Assembly (NCBI GenBank): GCA_963693365.1
Contig: CAVNZM010000013.1
Location: 6,066,640 to 6,130,639, forward strand
DNA length: 64,000 nucleotides
Origin: Amoebidium appalachense
Taxonomy: Eukaryota; Protista; Ichthyosporea
Direction of reading: 5' to 3'
In this document: positions 1 to 13,382 of the stretch, piece after piece
Layout: the number at the start of each line of letters is the position of its first letter
How positions within the stretch are numbered: the stretch's first letter is position 1
Made by a program: the position numbers and the translations under genes
The notes under the pieces: model-generated
Database searches by the model: none
Told to the model about the DNA's origin: nothing
Seen by the model: the letters and a program-made list of their open reading frames with translations, nothing else

Positions 1-114
1 ACGGCCCTACACTACCCATACCAAAAACCCCAACACTACCACCCAACATCCTCAACGGCCCTACACTACCCATACCAAAAACCCCAACAATACCACCCAA
101 CATCCTCAACGGCC
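1..114. repeat. 54-bp tandem duplication in a CLN3 intron
   Basis: acggccctacactacccataccaaaaaccccaaca(c/a)taccacccaacatcctca at 1-54 and 55-108, plus the start of a third copy. Confidence 0.9.
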
Positions 115-130
115 CCCAAGTTTCACTCAC

Positions 131-852
131 TCGCTGAAGTAAACCACCACCAGGGACACGATGAAGATGGCCAGTGGCTGCAGGGTGGCCATCTTCTGCC
201 CCAGCGTCAAAGACCCTGTCGGGCTGTGGTAGGCCCCCTGCTCCCCCCACCCGTCAGTACCCTATCCACACATACATGTATACCCCCGCCACCCCCCCCC
301 CCCCCCCCCCCCCCCCCTGCGTGGATGCACGACCACATATTCTTCTACCAGCACCACCACCCCGTCCCCCCCCCCTCTGAGCGCAACGCATGCATGGTCA
401 CCTATCTCTGCCAGCCCCTCCGCCCCCCGCCCCCCCCCCCTGCATGTGCATGACCACATATCCTCTAGCCCCTCTTCTGCCCGTTCATGCAGGGCACTAT
501 TCTCACCTCTGCCTGCATGGCTGTGTGCTTGTGCAGTGCCATTGTGCTCCTTGTGGGCCCAGTCAGTAGCAGCCAGTATCCCGCCAGCATCAGTGTCGGC
601 AGGAAGGCCATGGCCCTGCAGGCCTGTGCAGACCCCATCCCAAACCCCCACGGCGCTGCACCCCCAGAGCCTCAGCACACACAGACCCCCCCCCCCCCAC
701 TCTTGAAATGTGCCCCCACCTGTCAGCAGCAGATAGAAGGATGCACCCCCCACCCCAGCTCCCCCCGTGCCGCTCGACCACCCTGCAGCCACAATCCCGT
801 CAGTCAAAGTTTTGCCCCCCCCCCCCCCCCCCCCCCCCCAAACACACACGCA

Positions 853-906
<54 letters not shown>

Positions 907-2294
907 CATCAGTTTGTTACCAGCCACTGTGCTGGGGTGGTAGTAGCTGGTCAGGGCCAGGAAGGTGGGCTCCCCAACGCCACTAGAGGCCGAGGCACAG
1001 GCCACCCCCAGCAGGGCCATGGGCAGACTGGCCTCCCCCCACACCCCCACAAGCACAAAGCTGCACACCTGCACACCGCAAATGTCAGTAAGTTAAACCC
1101 CGGGGACGTGCAAAAGAAGCCCTCACAGGGGTAGAGGGAAGCTGGATGTGCTGGTGTGCTTGCCATGTGTGTGGTTGTGTGTTTGTGTCACTTGTTATGT
1201 GTGTGCTTGTGTGCTTTCTTGTGCTTATGCCTGTGTTGGTGTGCTTGCCATGTGTGTGGTGGTGTATTTGTGTACTCGTTATGTGTGTGCTTGTGTGCTT
1301 GTGAGTTTGCCATGTGTGTGCTTAGTCATGTGTTTGTGTGCTTGCCATGTGTGTGCTTATGCCTGTGCTTGTGAATTCTTCATGTGTGTGCTTATGCCTG
1401 TGCTTGTGTGCTTTCCGTGTGTGTATTTATCCTGTATTTGTGTGCTTGCCGTGTGTGTGCTTATGCCTGTGCTTGTGTGCTTGCCAGGTGTGTGCTTATC
1501 CTGTGTTTGTGAGCTCGCCGTGTGTGTGCTTATCCTGTGTTTGTGTGCTTGCCATGTGTGCTTATGTCTGTACTTGTGTGCTTGCCATGTGTGTGCTTGT
1601 GCCTGTGCTTGTTAGCTTGCCATGTGTGTGCTTGTGCCTGTGTTTGTGCACTTGCCTGTGAGCTTGTCTCTGTGTTTGTGTGCGGTTTGTGCTGTGTGTC
1701 CTGCACTGGCCGGGGGGGGGGGGGGGGGGGGGGGGGGAAGTAGGGGGGGGGTGGGGGGGGGGGGCTACCTGTATCACCACCACTAGCACTACCCTCACCC
1801 AGTAGGGGACCAGGTGCATCACCCAGGGCTGCAGCAGCTTTATGATCAGAGACGGCCTGTTTTCACGTCAGCAAACGGCGGAGAGGAGGGAGACAGGCAG
1901 AGCCAAGCACAAGTACGGAAATAGTGCGTGTGGGTGTAGTGCAGGGAGGGGGAGGGGGGGGGGAGGGGAGGGGGAGAAGGGGGGGGGGGGGGGGGGGGGG
2001 AAGGGGGGCGGGGAGCACGCACAGGATGTTGAAAATCTCAAGCAGGCCCACGGTGGCGCGTTTGTTGAGAATCTGTGTGGCGCCACTGTACATGACCACA
2101 TAGGCAAAGTTGTTGATGAAACCAAACAGAAAGAACGCCAGCCAGTTGCGCACCAGCACCGTGTTTGTCAACAGAACCTCCTCTCTCCTTTCCTCCCTCT
2201 CCCCATCTTCCCCCTGCTCGCTGCTTTCCAGCAGAGGCTCTCTGGCGTCGCCTGCAGGCTCATCGTGGCCCCCCCTGAGTCTTGCCATCTCCAT
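131..2294 (-). CDS. CLN3: CLN3/battenin (Btn1) family lysosomal/vacuolar membrane protein; multi-exon, 3' part runs off the window start
   Basis: Spliced exons give RNWLAFFLFGFINNFAYVVMYSGA, LPSLIIKLLQPWVMHLVPYWVRV, LLGVACASASSGVGEPTFLALTSYY, GWSSGTGGAGVGGA and LQPLAIFIVSLVVVYFSE, all hallmark CLN3 blocks. GT-AG junctions were checked for the first two exons and the last visible one. First ATG is at 2294; the N-terminal EPLL resembles a dileucine sorting signal. Confidence 0.93.
1150..1680. repeat. Degenerate ~35-bp intronic minisatellite
   Basis: Unit close to gccatgtgtgtgcttatgcctgtgcttgtgtgctt, repeated through most of CLN3 intron 2. Confidence 0.85.
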
Positions 2295-3584
2295 GCCACG
2301 TGCAACCCTGTGACTGTCTGTCCACCCCCCTTGCCTGTAGGCCCCTGTGGTGGCCTTGTTCTGCAGATGCACACACGGAATGATCTGGTGCCTACGGTAT
2401 AGCCTGCCTGAAGGCGGCCACGAGGCACCTATACCGGACGGCTGAGAAATGCTTATGCACTACAGAGCTGCTTGGCTCGATATCTGGTTGCCTGCACGCA
2501 CAAGCAGTTTTAACGGATTATGAACGGTCTCAGTGTGGTGAAAACCAACAAACTAATGTCGGGACGGTAACCTGAAAACTGACTAAGTTAGAATTTCATC
2601 TGCAGATTAACTTCATTAGGGCTGTAAACAGTACACCACTATTGCTATCTGTATTGTTAGGCATGTAGCCAGCAAACTAGTCGTGTTAGAATGGGAACCA
2701 GCGAGCATTCATTCCTAAGGCTCGAATCTGCACTCAAGCAAGCTCAAGTTATTGGCACTGTTGCCCAGCAATCTGGCTTTATCACTATTGCAATTATCAC
2801 CAGCAATTATCAACACCGTATCCAGTAAGTTAGCATTATATATCTAACCAGCACAGTAAAGTATTATTATTATGTGATGCTAGGCTATAATAGTAAATAA
2901 ACCAGCTTGCTTGAGGCACGGTGTTTATAAAGAGGCGGCCGGGCTCCGTTACCAGTTACGTAATCGACCCCGGCCGGATGAGCCAACCGTGACGTCACCG
3001 TGTGTAGGTCAAGGCCTCCTACTCATGGGGTCACGAAAGTACTTACTCACAAGGTCAAGTCCTGCGCTGCACACAGTTAAAAGCCCATGACCAAGGCTTT
3101 TATCATTACTGTAATATACACTACACTGCACTGGGCCACATAAACACCCGGTCACGTGCATGGAAATTATTACTAATGTTAGTAGACCCCATTCATGCTG
3201 GGTTCCGTACATAATTATCACCCAAGCCACCAAAATGTCGGAGGTTTTATACTTTTTATAGAAGGCACAAGCACAAAGACAACAGAAAAGATATATCCAC
3301 ACGAGAACCCATGACAAATATGCAAACGCCTGGGTGAGCAGAGGAATATATCATACAAAGCGCAATGACATGTGCACATGCCATGACCAGCGCCATTGGC
3401 ATGAATGATTTTCGAATGGCTGACTTCAACGTCGAAAGGAGCCGGTGACGCGGTTGAACTTGGAAAACACCATGGAACAGTATGTACGGCGCATTATACA
3501 CAGACTAAGAATTCCAAATCATTGTACACGAAAAAACTCGGCATTGGCATTAGGGGAGGGGAGGCCTCCGGGGGGCCCGGGGGG

Positions 3585-3627
<43 letters not shown>

Positions 3628-4253
3628 GCAAATAAAGCCCTTGAGAAACAACCAATGAGCCAATAAAGAAGGGTGCATGACTATAACAAAAAGTACTCAC
3701 TTTATCATTAAACGCAGCTGCCGCAGCCGTACGTATACGCGTCCGCCAGGGGGCCGGAGGGGAAGGGGGGGGGGGGGGGGGGACAACGGTGTGTCGTGCT
3801 GGACATGCTGCAAGCAAAGTGACAATGCCAACCGCGAAATGTTCACTGAGCAAGTGTTGGCAAGGGCCAAAAAAGAAAAAGAAAAAAAAAGGGAAACAAC
3901 TGAAAAAAGCTGCTCAGTGACACAGCCAAGAATCCAAAGAAATTCTTAACAGTTCACGTTACCCGAGACTAAAAAGTATCTATACCGGTACCCAAAAAAG
4001 GCCAAACCAAGGCAAGCATACACTCATATGTGAGCAGACTGCATGCATTGTCAGCACCCACTCTGGCCAGCGCGTTAAAGTTTCCAACGTGGTGGTATGC
4101 ATATGCGTACAAGTGACACTGCCAACCGCGCGACCACACAAATGCATAATTATCCCCCCCTCCCTCCCTCCCCCCCCCCCCCCCCCCCCCCTCCCTTCCC
4201 CCCCCCCCAAGCCGGTCACCCTTCCACCCGGCCTCGGAAAGGGGCGGTGGGGC

Positions 4254-4301
<48 letters not shown>

Positions 4302-4824
4302 GTGTTTAGAAGTTAAAGAGCGCAGCTAGCTACAAGCGCCAGGGAACCTCAAGATTATGTTGGGCCCTACGTAGCCCAGATATACCAGATATACCTGTTA
4401 CAAGGAGTGACCTCTGTAATTCGGACAGGTTAGGCAAGCGACGTCTGGTACAGATTTGGCCTGAGTAAGGTGCACACGTGTATATACGTACATAAAGTTG
4501 TGCATGTACATGTGTGAAACATCAACGGAATAAAATTTATCTTCAGATTCATAATCATATCTGTCCAACGATAGCAGCATAAGTTTGAACCAGTGCCGTA
4601 TGTTAGCATACTGTACTGAGAGCGTGCGTGTGTATTGCAATTGGGTGTGCGTGTGGATGCACGTGTGTGAATAGCACATATTCATCCGCTTGTTGCTGCA
4701 AGTGTTAAGGCAGATCTCTGAGGCAGTGTTGCCTCTACCAGCTAGCTACCCGGGGGAAGGTGTGTGTGTGTGTGTGTGTCTGTGTGTGTCTGTATGTGTG
4801 TGTGTACATGTGTGTGTGTGTGTA

Positions 4825-4855
<31 letters not shown>

Positions 4856-5379
4856 CCATGTGTTTGGAGGGAGGAGGGGGGGGGAGGGGGAGGGGCAGCA
4901 GGCTAAGGTGGCCAGGGAGACCTGATTGGCAGCCCAAGTGGTGGCGCATGCCCACAGACAGATTGCTGGGCCTGGGGGGTAGGGCCAGCACCAGGCTGGC
5001 TATCTATTGGTGGGTGGCCTGCGCACAGCACAGGCACGGGGGGTAATACTGGCGCCCCCGGCCCACACCCACAAGCTACACACTATCTCAGAGGCTAGCA
5101 CGGGCTCTAGACAGGAGCAAATATCCAGTGCCACAAAATGCACTATCCAAAAACAGTAGGATGGTAGGGATGCATGCTAGGCGGCGACCGGCATGGTCAC
5201 CCACACAGAACCCTGTGCAACAGAAAGCACAGCCGACTGCAACACACACACTTTGCCCACCTGCAACCTGTACACCACCCAGTGCAAACAAGAGTGCACA
5301 CACACACACATGCACATTCACATAAACGCTCTCACAGCGTTCTAATAGTATAGATAAATGTGGAGCCTACGGCATGCAT

Positions 5380-5700
5380 GCACGCACTAGGGCATATGTA
5401 CAGGGGCTAAAGTATAAATGTGGGGTCCAGGAGTATGTGGGGCCTAGGGATATGTGGGTCCTTTTAGCGATACATGTGGGGCCTAGGGATACATGTGAGG
5501 TCCAGGGCATGCAGGTGAAGTCTGAAGCACATATGTGGGGTCTAGAGCACATATTATTATGCAGGGTCTAGGGTACACAGGCTGGGTCTGGGACATACAT
5601 GTGCTGGGTCTAGAGCACCTATGCAGGGCCTAGGGCATGTATGTGGTGTCTGGGGTAAATATGCGGGGCCTAGGGCATATATGTGATGTCTAGGCCCACG
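5380..5700. repeat. Degenerate ~20-bp tandem repeat running from the MDM10 stop codon into its 3' UTR
   Basis: Recurring gggcctagggcatatgt / gggtctagagcacat units; one unit overlaps the last codons of MDM10. Confidence 0.7.
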
Positions 5701-6756
5701 GCCTGCCTGAAGGGCTCCTTGAAGGACAGCACGGCCGTAAATGCAAACCGCAACTGCGCCAGTGTGCACTCCAGCAGCACTCCAAACCCCTGCCCCTGCC
5801 CTCAGTATACCTGCCCACCTGGCCCCCGAAACCATACCAGCAGGATGCATGTGGCCACGGGGAAGGAGGCGAGGGGGAGGCAGCTCGAGCTGGGGGGGAG
5901 GGGGGGGGGTGTTGCCACTCACATCTGAGAGGCCCAGGCGTGCGCGCAGGCGGAAGGGGCCGTGGGTGGGACGTAGGTCCAAGCCCACAGCAAGGTCACT
6001 CTCTGCGCTGTACATGTTGAACTCAAACCTGCTCCCCCAGTCAGCACCCCCCAACCTCGTGCCCGCACCCCCTCCCCCCCCTCCCCCCCCCCCCCACCCC
6101 CTCCCCCCTCCCCCCTTTCTCCCCTCTCCCGTCCCCCATCTCCCCCCGGCCGGGTGCAGGGTACCGTGTAGACATGGCCAGGGTCCTGCTGAGTGCCGCC
6201 GTGTATGTGCTGGTCAGGTGGCCCGATATGGGGCTGACCGTCCCTGCTCCCACCACAATCAGCCCTGATGTAATCAACAACCCCCCCCCCCCCCCCCAAA
6301 CATACACACAAACACACACACCAACACACACACACAGCAACCCACCTGTAAGCACTGCCAGCCGCCCAGCCGCATCCCTCTCCACCCGTCTGCAGCCAAA
6401 AGATGCTGCCAGGATGTGTCAGCAAGAAACCACCACCAGCAGCCAAAACACCACCACCAGCACCAGCAGCACACATACAAGTATGTGCATGTACACACAC
6501 GTGCACACTCTCACAGGTACACACGCGCACACACATTCACCCCTACACAAGCACAGCCACCCACCCACACAGCCACACCCACCCACCCACCCACCCACAA
6601 GCACGCCCCACCATACACACAAGCACAGCCACTTACACACACAAGCACAGCCACTCACACACACAAGCACAGCCACTCATACACACAGGCACAGCCACCC
6701 CCACACCCCAGCACAGCCACCCGCTTATGCCAGAACAGCCACCCACCCACATAAGC

Positions 6757-6800
<44 letters not shown>

Positions 6801-6961
6801 AAGCAACCCCCCCCCCTACACACACACACAAGCACACCCACACACACATATAAGCACAGCCACTCATACACACAGGCACAGCCAACCGCTTTTGCCAGAA
6901 CAGCCACCCACCCACACAAGCGCCCACCCTCCCCGCCCCCCCCACACACAAGCAACCCCCC

Positions 6962-6993
<32 letters not shown>

Positions 6994-8190
6994 ACACACA
7001 CACACAAGCACACCCACCTGCCCACCCCCACCCCCACCCACCCAACCATACACACACTTACCACCCGGCACCTTCTCCTTGAGGCTGCCCAGCAGCTCTG
7101 CGCCGACCTGCCAGCCCCTCCAGGCCGGCAGGGCCCACAACCAGCTGAGGCCCACCCAGTGCTCCTCGCTCATATACAGCAGCTTGGCCCCCACCCGCTG
7201 CCCCACGTACCATCCATGACCGTGCAGCTGCCACCATAGTCAGTACCACTCCCCCCCCCCCCCCCCCCCCCCTCACACACCACCCATTCTCCCCCCCCCC
7301 TCCCCTCACACACCACCCATTCCCCCCTTCCCCCCGCCCACCCACCCCCCACCTTCTCCCCCTCCTCCCTCCGGGGACAGGCAGCACGCACCTGGAATTC
7401 CGGACGGGGTGTGCAGCTGCTCCAGCACGTGGCACCCAGGCGTAGCCTCGGGGCCAGCCAGTGCTCGACCTGGGCCTCGACGCCCAGGTCCCTGTACAAG
7501 CTGCCCACAACAAGGCTGCCCGGCAGAGGCTCGGCACCAGCCTCCTCCCAGATCCCTGCATCCCAGCCACGTATGCCATCACCCTGAGAACACAACAGCA
7601 CTAGACCACACCTGCACCCAGAGCTGCACGCCTGGACGTGCATGCAGGTGTGTGCACGCACGCGCACACGTGTAACATGCACCCAGAAAGCACTGACGCC
7701 TAACCAGCATGAACACCTTTTACACACGCGCGCGCACACACACACAGACGGCATACCCTGGGGCTGCAGCAGGCTAGCAAAGCCTGCGGGCTGTGAGCGG
7801 CTGGACCAGCGGAAGGCCACGCCACTGGGGCCACTGTCCAGCACCCCCACGGTCAGCTGCCTCCCTGCACCCCAGTCAGCGCCTGCCCGGCCAGCCCCCC
7901 CGTGGCATCTGTGCACGCACCGAAGCGCGGCGTCAGCACATGGTCCACAGTGAAGGTCAGGCCCTCGCTGCCGGCAAAGTCCAATATGTCTGTGGCCCAG
8001 TCAGTGCCCAGCCACGCCCCTCCCCGCCCTTGCCAAACAATATCCCTACCTTCTGCCGCGCTGGACAGCTCCGTATAGTCCAGCATGGCAGTCCACCCTG
8101 CGTGTATTCCCTGCCCGCTCCCTCCCACTTGCTGGTACGTCTTGCTTCTATCTGTCCCCTGCTTGCCCGCCACATGCTTCAGCAGTGTCT
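5670..8190 (-). CDS. MDM10: Mitochondrial outer-membrane beta-barrel Mdm10 (ERMES/SAM subunit); about 9 exons, start unresolved
   Basis: Exons give WTAMLDYTELSSAAE|DILDFAGSEGLTFTVDHVLTPRF, SLVVGSLYRDLGVEAQ, QVGAELLGSLKEKVPGASFGCR, TVSPISGHLTSTY, STRFEFNMYSAESDLAVGL and a terminal beta-signal-like AVGLDITYMP* (stop 5670-5672). These match Mdm10 blocks as recalled (LLDF, NPLMGNL, SRFDFNxYSxES). Confidence 0.85.
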
Positions 8191-8945
8191 TCTAAGCTTC
8201 CCCCTTCCTGCCTGCCTGCCTGTCCGCCTGCCTGCCTGCCTGCCTGCCTGCCTTTCTACAGAGCTGCAGCCTGCCGCCTGAGGCTTGGGACCGCTTCGGG
8301 GTTTGAGGAGCCAGATGGCATTCCGATGACGCAAAAAAGCGCCCTGCCCGCGCGCAGCCCCTCTGTTTGCAGGTCAACGGTTGCCAGACACGCAGTCACA
8401 GCTCGCTAATATTCTCTCTTTATTGTGAGTGTTTTTGGCAGCCTCTGGAAGGGGCCTGTTGGCCATGAGGGTGAACACTGTACATACATGGAGGGCCGGG
8501 GATGTCCAGGGGATTTTGGGGGGCGGGGGGGAGGGGGGGGGGGGGGGGGGAGGGGGGGGGTGACGTATTTGCGTGCGGGGGATCTAATATTAGATGACGG
8601 GCGCTTGGGTTCCGCCAATCAGCTCGCTGCGGCCGTTCGGTCGGTTATTAGCGGTGGTATGCCCACCCCCTCCAAGAAACGCGAACACTATTATATTTTG
8701 TGTTTTTGCTGTCGAAGTAAAGCACAGGCAGGGGAATCATGACGGTCTAGTGTGCATACACGGCAGAGCCTGCGCCACCCACACTATTGTGCTGCTATTT
8801 TTACGATCTGTACGGTGGCCGCATAGTTGCCGGCCAAAACGTTTCAGGCAAGAGCCCGTAGGTGCGGGCAGTGTGATTGCCCGACCTTTTTGTACGGGCT
8901 GTTCGCCCCAACACACCGTTACTGGCACGGCAGCTGGCCGCGCAA

Positions 8946-9968
8946 ATGAGAGAGGAGACGCAGGCCGCTTGCGGGGTCAAGCGCTCGCCTAGCCCTGCCA
9001 GCGGGCAGGAGGCAAGCCCTCCACCGGCCAAACGGCCACACACAGAAGAGGGCAAGGAGGCGGCCGACACCACAGCACCCACCAGCAACGTGAAGGCTGA
9101 GAGCCCACCAGCCAGCCCGCCGGGCGAGGAGCCACCCAAAGAGCGCGGCTACGCATTTTATTACGTCCCGGGGTCGTACTACCCGCCGGCCCAATTTGTC
9201 TGGTCGTCCGACCCCACCGCACGCGCGCAGCCCGACAGGCAGCCCTATCCGGCAGGCCCAGCGTCCGGGCCCGAGGGTGAGGCTGCACAGGTGTCGCCCA
9301 GCAAACCGCGCATATGGCGGCCTGTGGACGACCTTGACGACCGGCGCCCAGCCCCCAGCCAGTACACACCCCCGGCCCCGCCCCCGCACTGGCAGCCTAC
9401 GTGGCCTGCCCGCCCCCCAGCCCCAGGGCCACCAGCTGCAGGTCATACAGCATGGCCCCATGGCTATGCCCCTGCACACCCCTTTGCAGAGCACAAGCCC
9501 GTGCCGCCCTATGTGCCCCAGCCGCCCGGCTACTACTACCCGCCACCACCGGCACCGCAGTACTACCCGCCACCACCCGAGACTGCCCGCTCACCGGGTC
9601 CACCCTCAGCCGCTGCGCCAGCCAGTGGGCCACTGCACTTCAACCCCCCGGCAACCCCCGGGCCACGGACAGACGGGGCACGCAGCGACGGCGGAGGGGC
9701 TGGACAGTATGTGGGACGGTTTGCGGCCGAGCAGAAGCGCTGCGCCTGGTGCAACACGGACAGCACCCCGCAGTGGCGCAAGGGGCCAAGCGGCGTGCCC
9801 GGCAGCCTATGCAACGCCTGCGGGCTCAAGTTCGACTACGAACGGACAAAGGACCGCAAGAATGCACGCCGACGGGCCCTCTACGGCAAACAGAAGGCAA
9901 AGCGCCAGGGTGACCCATCAAGCGAAGACGACAAGCATGCACCCACACAAGAGGGCGTGTGTACGTAA
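8946..9968 (+). CDS. Single zinc-finger GATA-type transcription factor with a Pro-rich N-terminus; apparently intronless
   Basis: [29 protein letters not shown] followed by a basic region ([17 protein letters not shown]); NLS-like PPAKRPH; long repeat-free ORF with first ATG at 8946. Confidence 0.92.
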   Translation: MREETQAACGVKRSPSPASGQEASPPPAKRPHTEEGKEAADTTAPTSNVKAESPPASPPGEEPPKERGYAFYYVPGSYYPPAQFVWSSDPTARAQPDRQPYPAGPASGPEGEAAQVSPSKPRIWRPVDDLDDRRPAPSQYTPPAPPPHWQPTWPARPPAPGPPAAGHTAWPHGYAPAHPFAEHKPVPPYVPQPPGYYYPPPPAPQYYPPPPETARSPGPPSAAAPASGPLHFNPPATPGPRTDGARSDGGGAGQYVGRFAAEQKRCAWCNTDSTPQWRKGPSGVPGSLCNACGLKFDYERTKDRKNARRRALYGKQKAKRQGDPSSEDDKHAPTQEGVCT

Positions 9969-11143
9969 GAAAAAGAGAAGAGATGGGGGAGGGTCACCGT
10001 ACGTGCACACAGGGAAAGAGTAGGTGTGTGTACCTAGACAGTTAGGATGTCTTTTTACCGCGTGTTCACGGTGAGAGTTAGGTGTGTGTACACGTAGACA
10101 GGGCGAGGGGGGGAGGGGGGAGGAGGATATGTGCGCGTAAACAGTTAGATGTCTGCATGCAGACAGATGCAATGTGTGCACATAAATACAGGTGTTTTCA
10201 AATAGACACAGAAGAGCACGTGTGCACATAGACCGAGCGTATGTAGGTGGCGCGGGGGGTCTGTCGGCCCAGCGTCGGAACGTGGCATGAACGGGTAGGA
10301 GTATGCAGGGCCTCCGCACCAGCGTAATAACAATCATAGTAAAGCCCTCAGGGTAACCCATATTTTCTTGTGCCTGGCAAAGCCTGTATGTTACTCACCC
10401 CCCAGCAGCATGTCTCGTGCTGTAACTCTTTGGTGGAGCCGTCAGAGGTGTGGCTGTATGGGTTGCAGGGTGGGCCTATATGTGGGATGGCCGGAGCTGG
10501 TGCACGTGCGTCTCTATAGGCATGCAGCATGCAGGCATATATGCACGCGTAGGTACGTGTATGGGGGGTAGGTTGGGCACGAGTAGATATGCACACGTGC
10601 GCGCGGAATGGTGTGGGACCCGGGGGGAGTAGGGGAGAGGGAGGTATTGCAAGGGCATGATTATGAGTGAGGAGTTGTTCCATTTTTATTGGTATGGCAT
10701 GTATGGGTGGGATGCGGCACTGTTGCCCTGCTGGCCCATTGCTTGCTGTTTCCACCTTGTGCACGTGGGTCAGTGGTGTATACACTTGCTTGTGCCCTAT
10801 GACAGTGAATGCCTCATACAAAGACTGGGTGGCTTTAAGTTGGCGTGGTGGCCCAAACGGCCACCATAGACCTCCAATTATGCCGGCATATGCACCGACC
10901 TTTGTTTGGTGGTGGCCCCATTCTCCACCCCAATGTTGGTGCATACAGAAGCCTGGTGTATGTAGCGGATTGGTGGCTGCAGCCAATAGGAAGTGCCGGT
11001 GGCTGTCCCGGTGCAGCCATCACTGAGGGGTCTCGGTAGATCATCGGATGGAGACCGTGCCTGCATACCTGACTGTGATAATCACCTGATCGAAAGTCTT
11101 CCCACCCCCCCCCCCCCACCCCCCCCCCCCCCTCCCAACTACC

Positions 11144-11200
<57 letters not shown>

Positions 11201-11206
11201 GCACGC

Positions 11207-11237
<31 letters not shown>

Positions 11238-11957
11238 ACACGTACACGTACACACACTGCACGCACACACACACACACACACACACACGACACACACACA
11301 CAGACACACACACACGCACACACACACGCACAGACACACACACACACACACACACACACGCAAACACACACACACAGAGGGGGCATGTCAAAAGTATACC
11401 CACCTACCACTCAATCCCACACACAATTGTCCCCCCCACCCCACCCCCCACCCCCCACCCCCCTCCCTCCTAAAAAACCAATAGGATGGCAGCTCGAGGT
11501 CACATGCACACTCAAACAACCACGTGCCTTCCGTCACCCGTAGTACGCATACACATAGACCCCATGTGCACCACGCACACATACAGTCCACATGAACATG
11601 TGTACACCCGCACATGCACAGTGTGCACCCACACCAAGCAACTGCACCCTCATGCCCTGTGGCTTTATTTGGTAATGCCTGAGCAACACACGCCCCAACC
11701 ATACATGAACAGTTGGATGTCATGCCTTTGGTGAGAACCCTTCAAAGCCGGGGAGAGGGGGGGAGGGGGAGAGGGGGGAGGGAGACGAGGAGGACAACCA
11801 CCCACAGATGCGCGGTGTGCGCATATGCCATGCTTGCAGATGTGCCGGGCATGTATACAAGCACATGTTAAACGCAGGTGCACGCACATTAATGAGAGGG
11901 TGAGTTTATGCAACGTGCAGTGGTGACACGGCGCTGTTTTGAAGAGAGGGGGCAATT

Positions 11958-12003
<46 letters not shown>

Positions 12004-12229
12004 GCGCGGGGAGGCTTCGTCCCCAAGAAGGAAGGTTGAGGTTGGATATCCTCAAACCCAGCTGCAGGCACCACGGCCGTCTCAGAAATTCAATTTTAAG
12101 CTTTCTATTTTTAGTAACGACCTTACATCTTGGTAACATCAATATCCCCTGCGCGGTTGTTCCAGAGGGCCGTGGCAGGCACCGTCTAACATTGACATAC
12201 TGCATGCCATCTTGTTCATGTGCACACTA

Positions 12230-13330
12230 TCTTATGCATATTGGTGCACATATCTAGATATACATACTTGTGCAGACTATCTCATGTGTAACCGGTGCAG
12301 ATCCTATCTAGATACACATACAGTACTGGTGCACACTATCTCACGTATCAGGTTGGTGCAACCTCCCTAGACCTGTATACTGGTGCACCCTATCTAGATA
12401 TGCATATGTACTGGTTCACCCTATCTAAATACACATTCTGGTGCACCCTATCTAGACATATATATGGTGCACACTATCTCATACATATGCTGGTGCACCC
12501 CATTTAGATATACATCCCGGTGTGCCCTCTCTAGATATACACACTGGTGCACCCTATCTAGATATACATATGGTGCCGACTATCTCATGCATATGCTGGT
12601 GCACCCCATCTAGATATTCAAACCGGTGTGGCCTCTCTGCAGTAGATATACATACTGGGGTACCCTATCTAGATCTAGATATACATATGGTGCACAGTGT
12701 CATATGTGCATTGGTGCACCCTATCTAGACATACATACTGGTGCACACTATCTATACTAGCTAGATATACATACTGGTGCACCCTATGTGTACCTAGATA
12801 TACATACCGGTGCACACTATCTCAGTGACTAGCTAGACATACATACTGGTGCACCCTATCTAGAGCTAGATATACACTGTGGTGCACACTGTCATATGTA
12901 CATTGGCGCACCCTACTTAGATATACAAACCGGTGCACGCTATCTATACTAGTACTAGATGGATATATATACTGATTCACCGAATCTCGTGCATTCTGAT
13001 GCACCCCATCTAGATATATATACTGGTGCACCATATCTAGATATATATACCGGTGCACACTATCTGCTAGAAGTATATACTGGTGCACTGCCCCTCTGCC
13101 GAGTCATGCATACTGGTGTGTCCTCTCTAGATATACATACTCGTGTACCATATATAGATTATATTGTAGGGAGCACATTATTTATGCAGACTGGGGCCCT
13201 TTGTCTATACGTACGGTACACGAAAGATTTCAGTAATGCATACTGGTGCACACAGGTAGCATATCAGATATACATTCCACCATCTGGTGCGTGCTATGTA
13301 GATATACATACTGGCGGGCTTTGTATACAT
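12230..13330. repeat. ~1.1-kb intergenic minisatellite, ~27-bp unit built from two palindromes
   Basis: Consensus close to ctatctagatatacatactggtgcacc, containing TATCTAGATA and GGTGCACC, with a variant ctatctcatgcata unit. Confidence 0.9.
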
Positions 13331-13382
13331 CTACTATCAGATTTAAAAAATTGGCCACCACTTCTACCTAGATTTACACTTG

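Noticed and set aside
3009-3501. Hydrophobic minus-strand ORFs in AT-richer DNA
   Set aside because: Short, overlapping in different frames, with no recognisable motif or consistent splice model.
8100-8330. Possible GC-AG introns at the 5' end of MDM10
   Set aside because: GC donors (G|gcaag, AAG|gcagg) would give plausible peptides, but several models fit; this cannot be resolved without transcripts.
10330-12210. Exon-like pieces suggesting an additional gene
   Set aside because: Isolated AG/GT-bounded segments exist, but I could not build a coherent ORF or recognise a domain.
12230-13330. CRISPR-like array (palindromic ~27-bp repeats)
   Set aside because: Units are head-to-tail and degenerate with no unique spacers; no cas genes; eukaryotic context.
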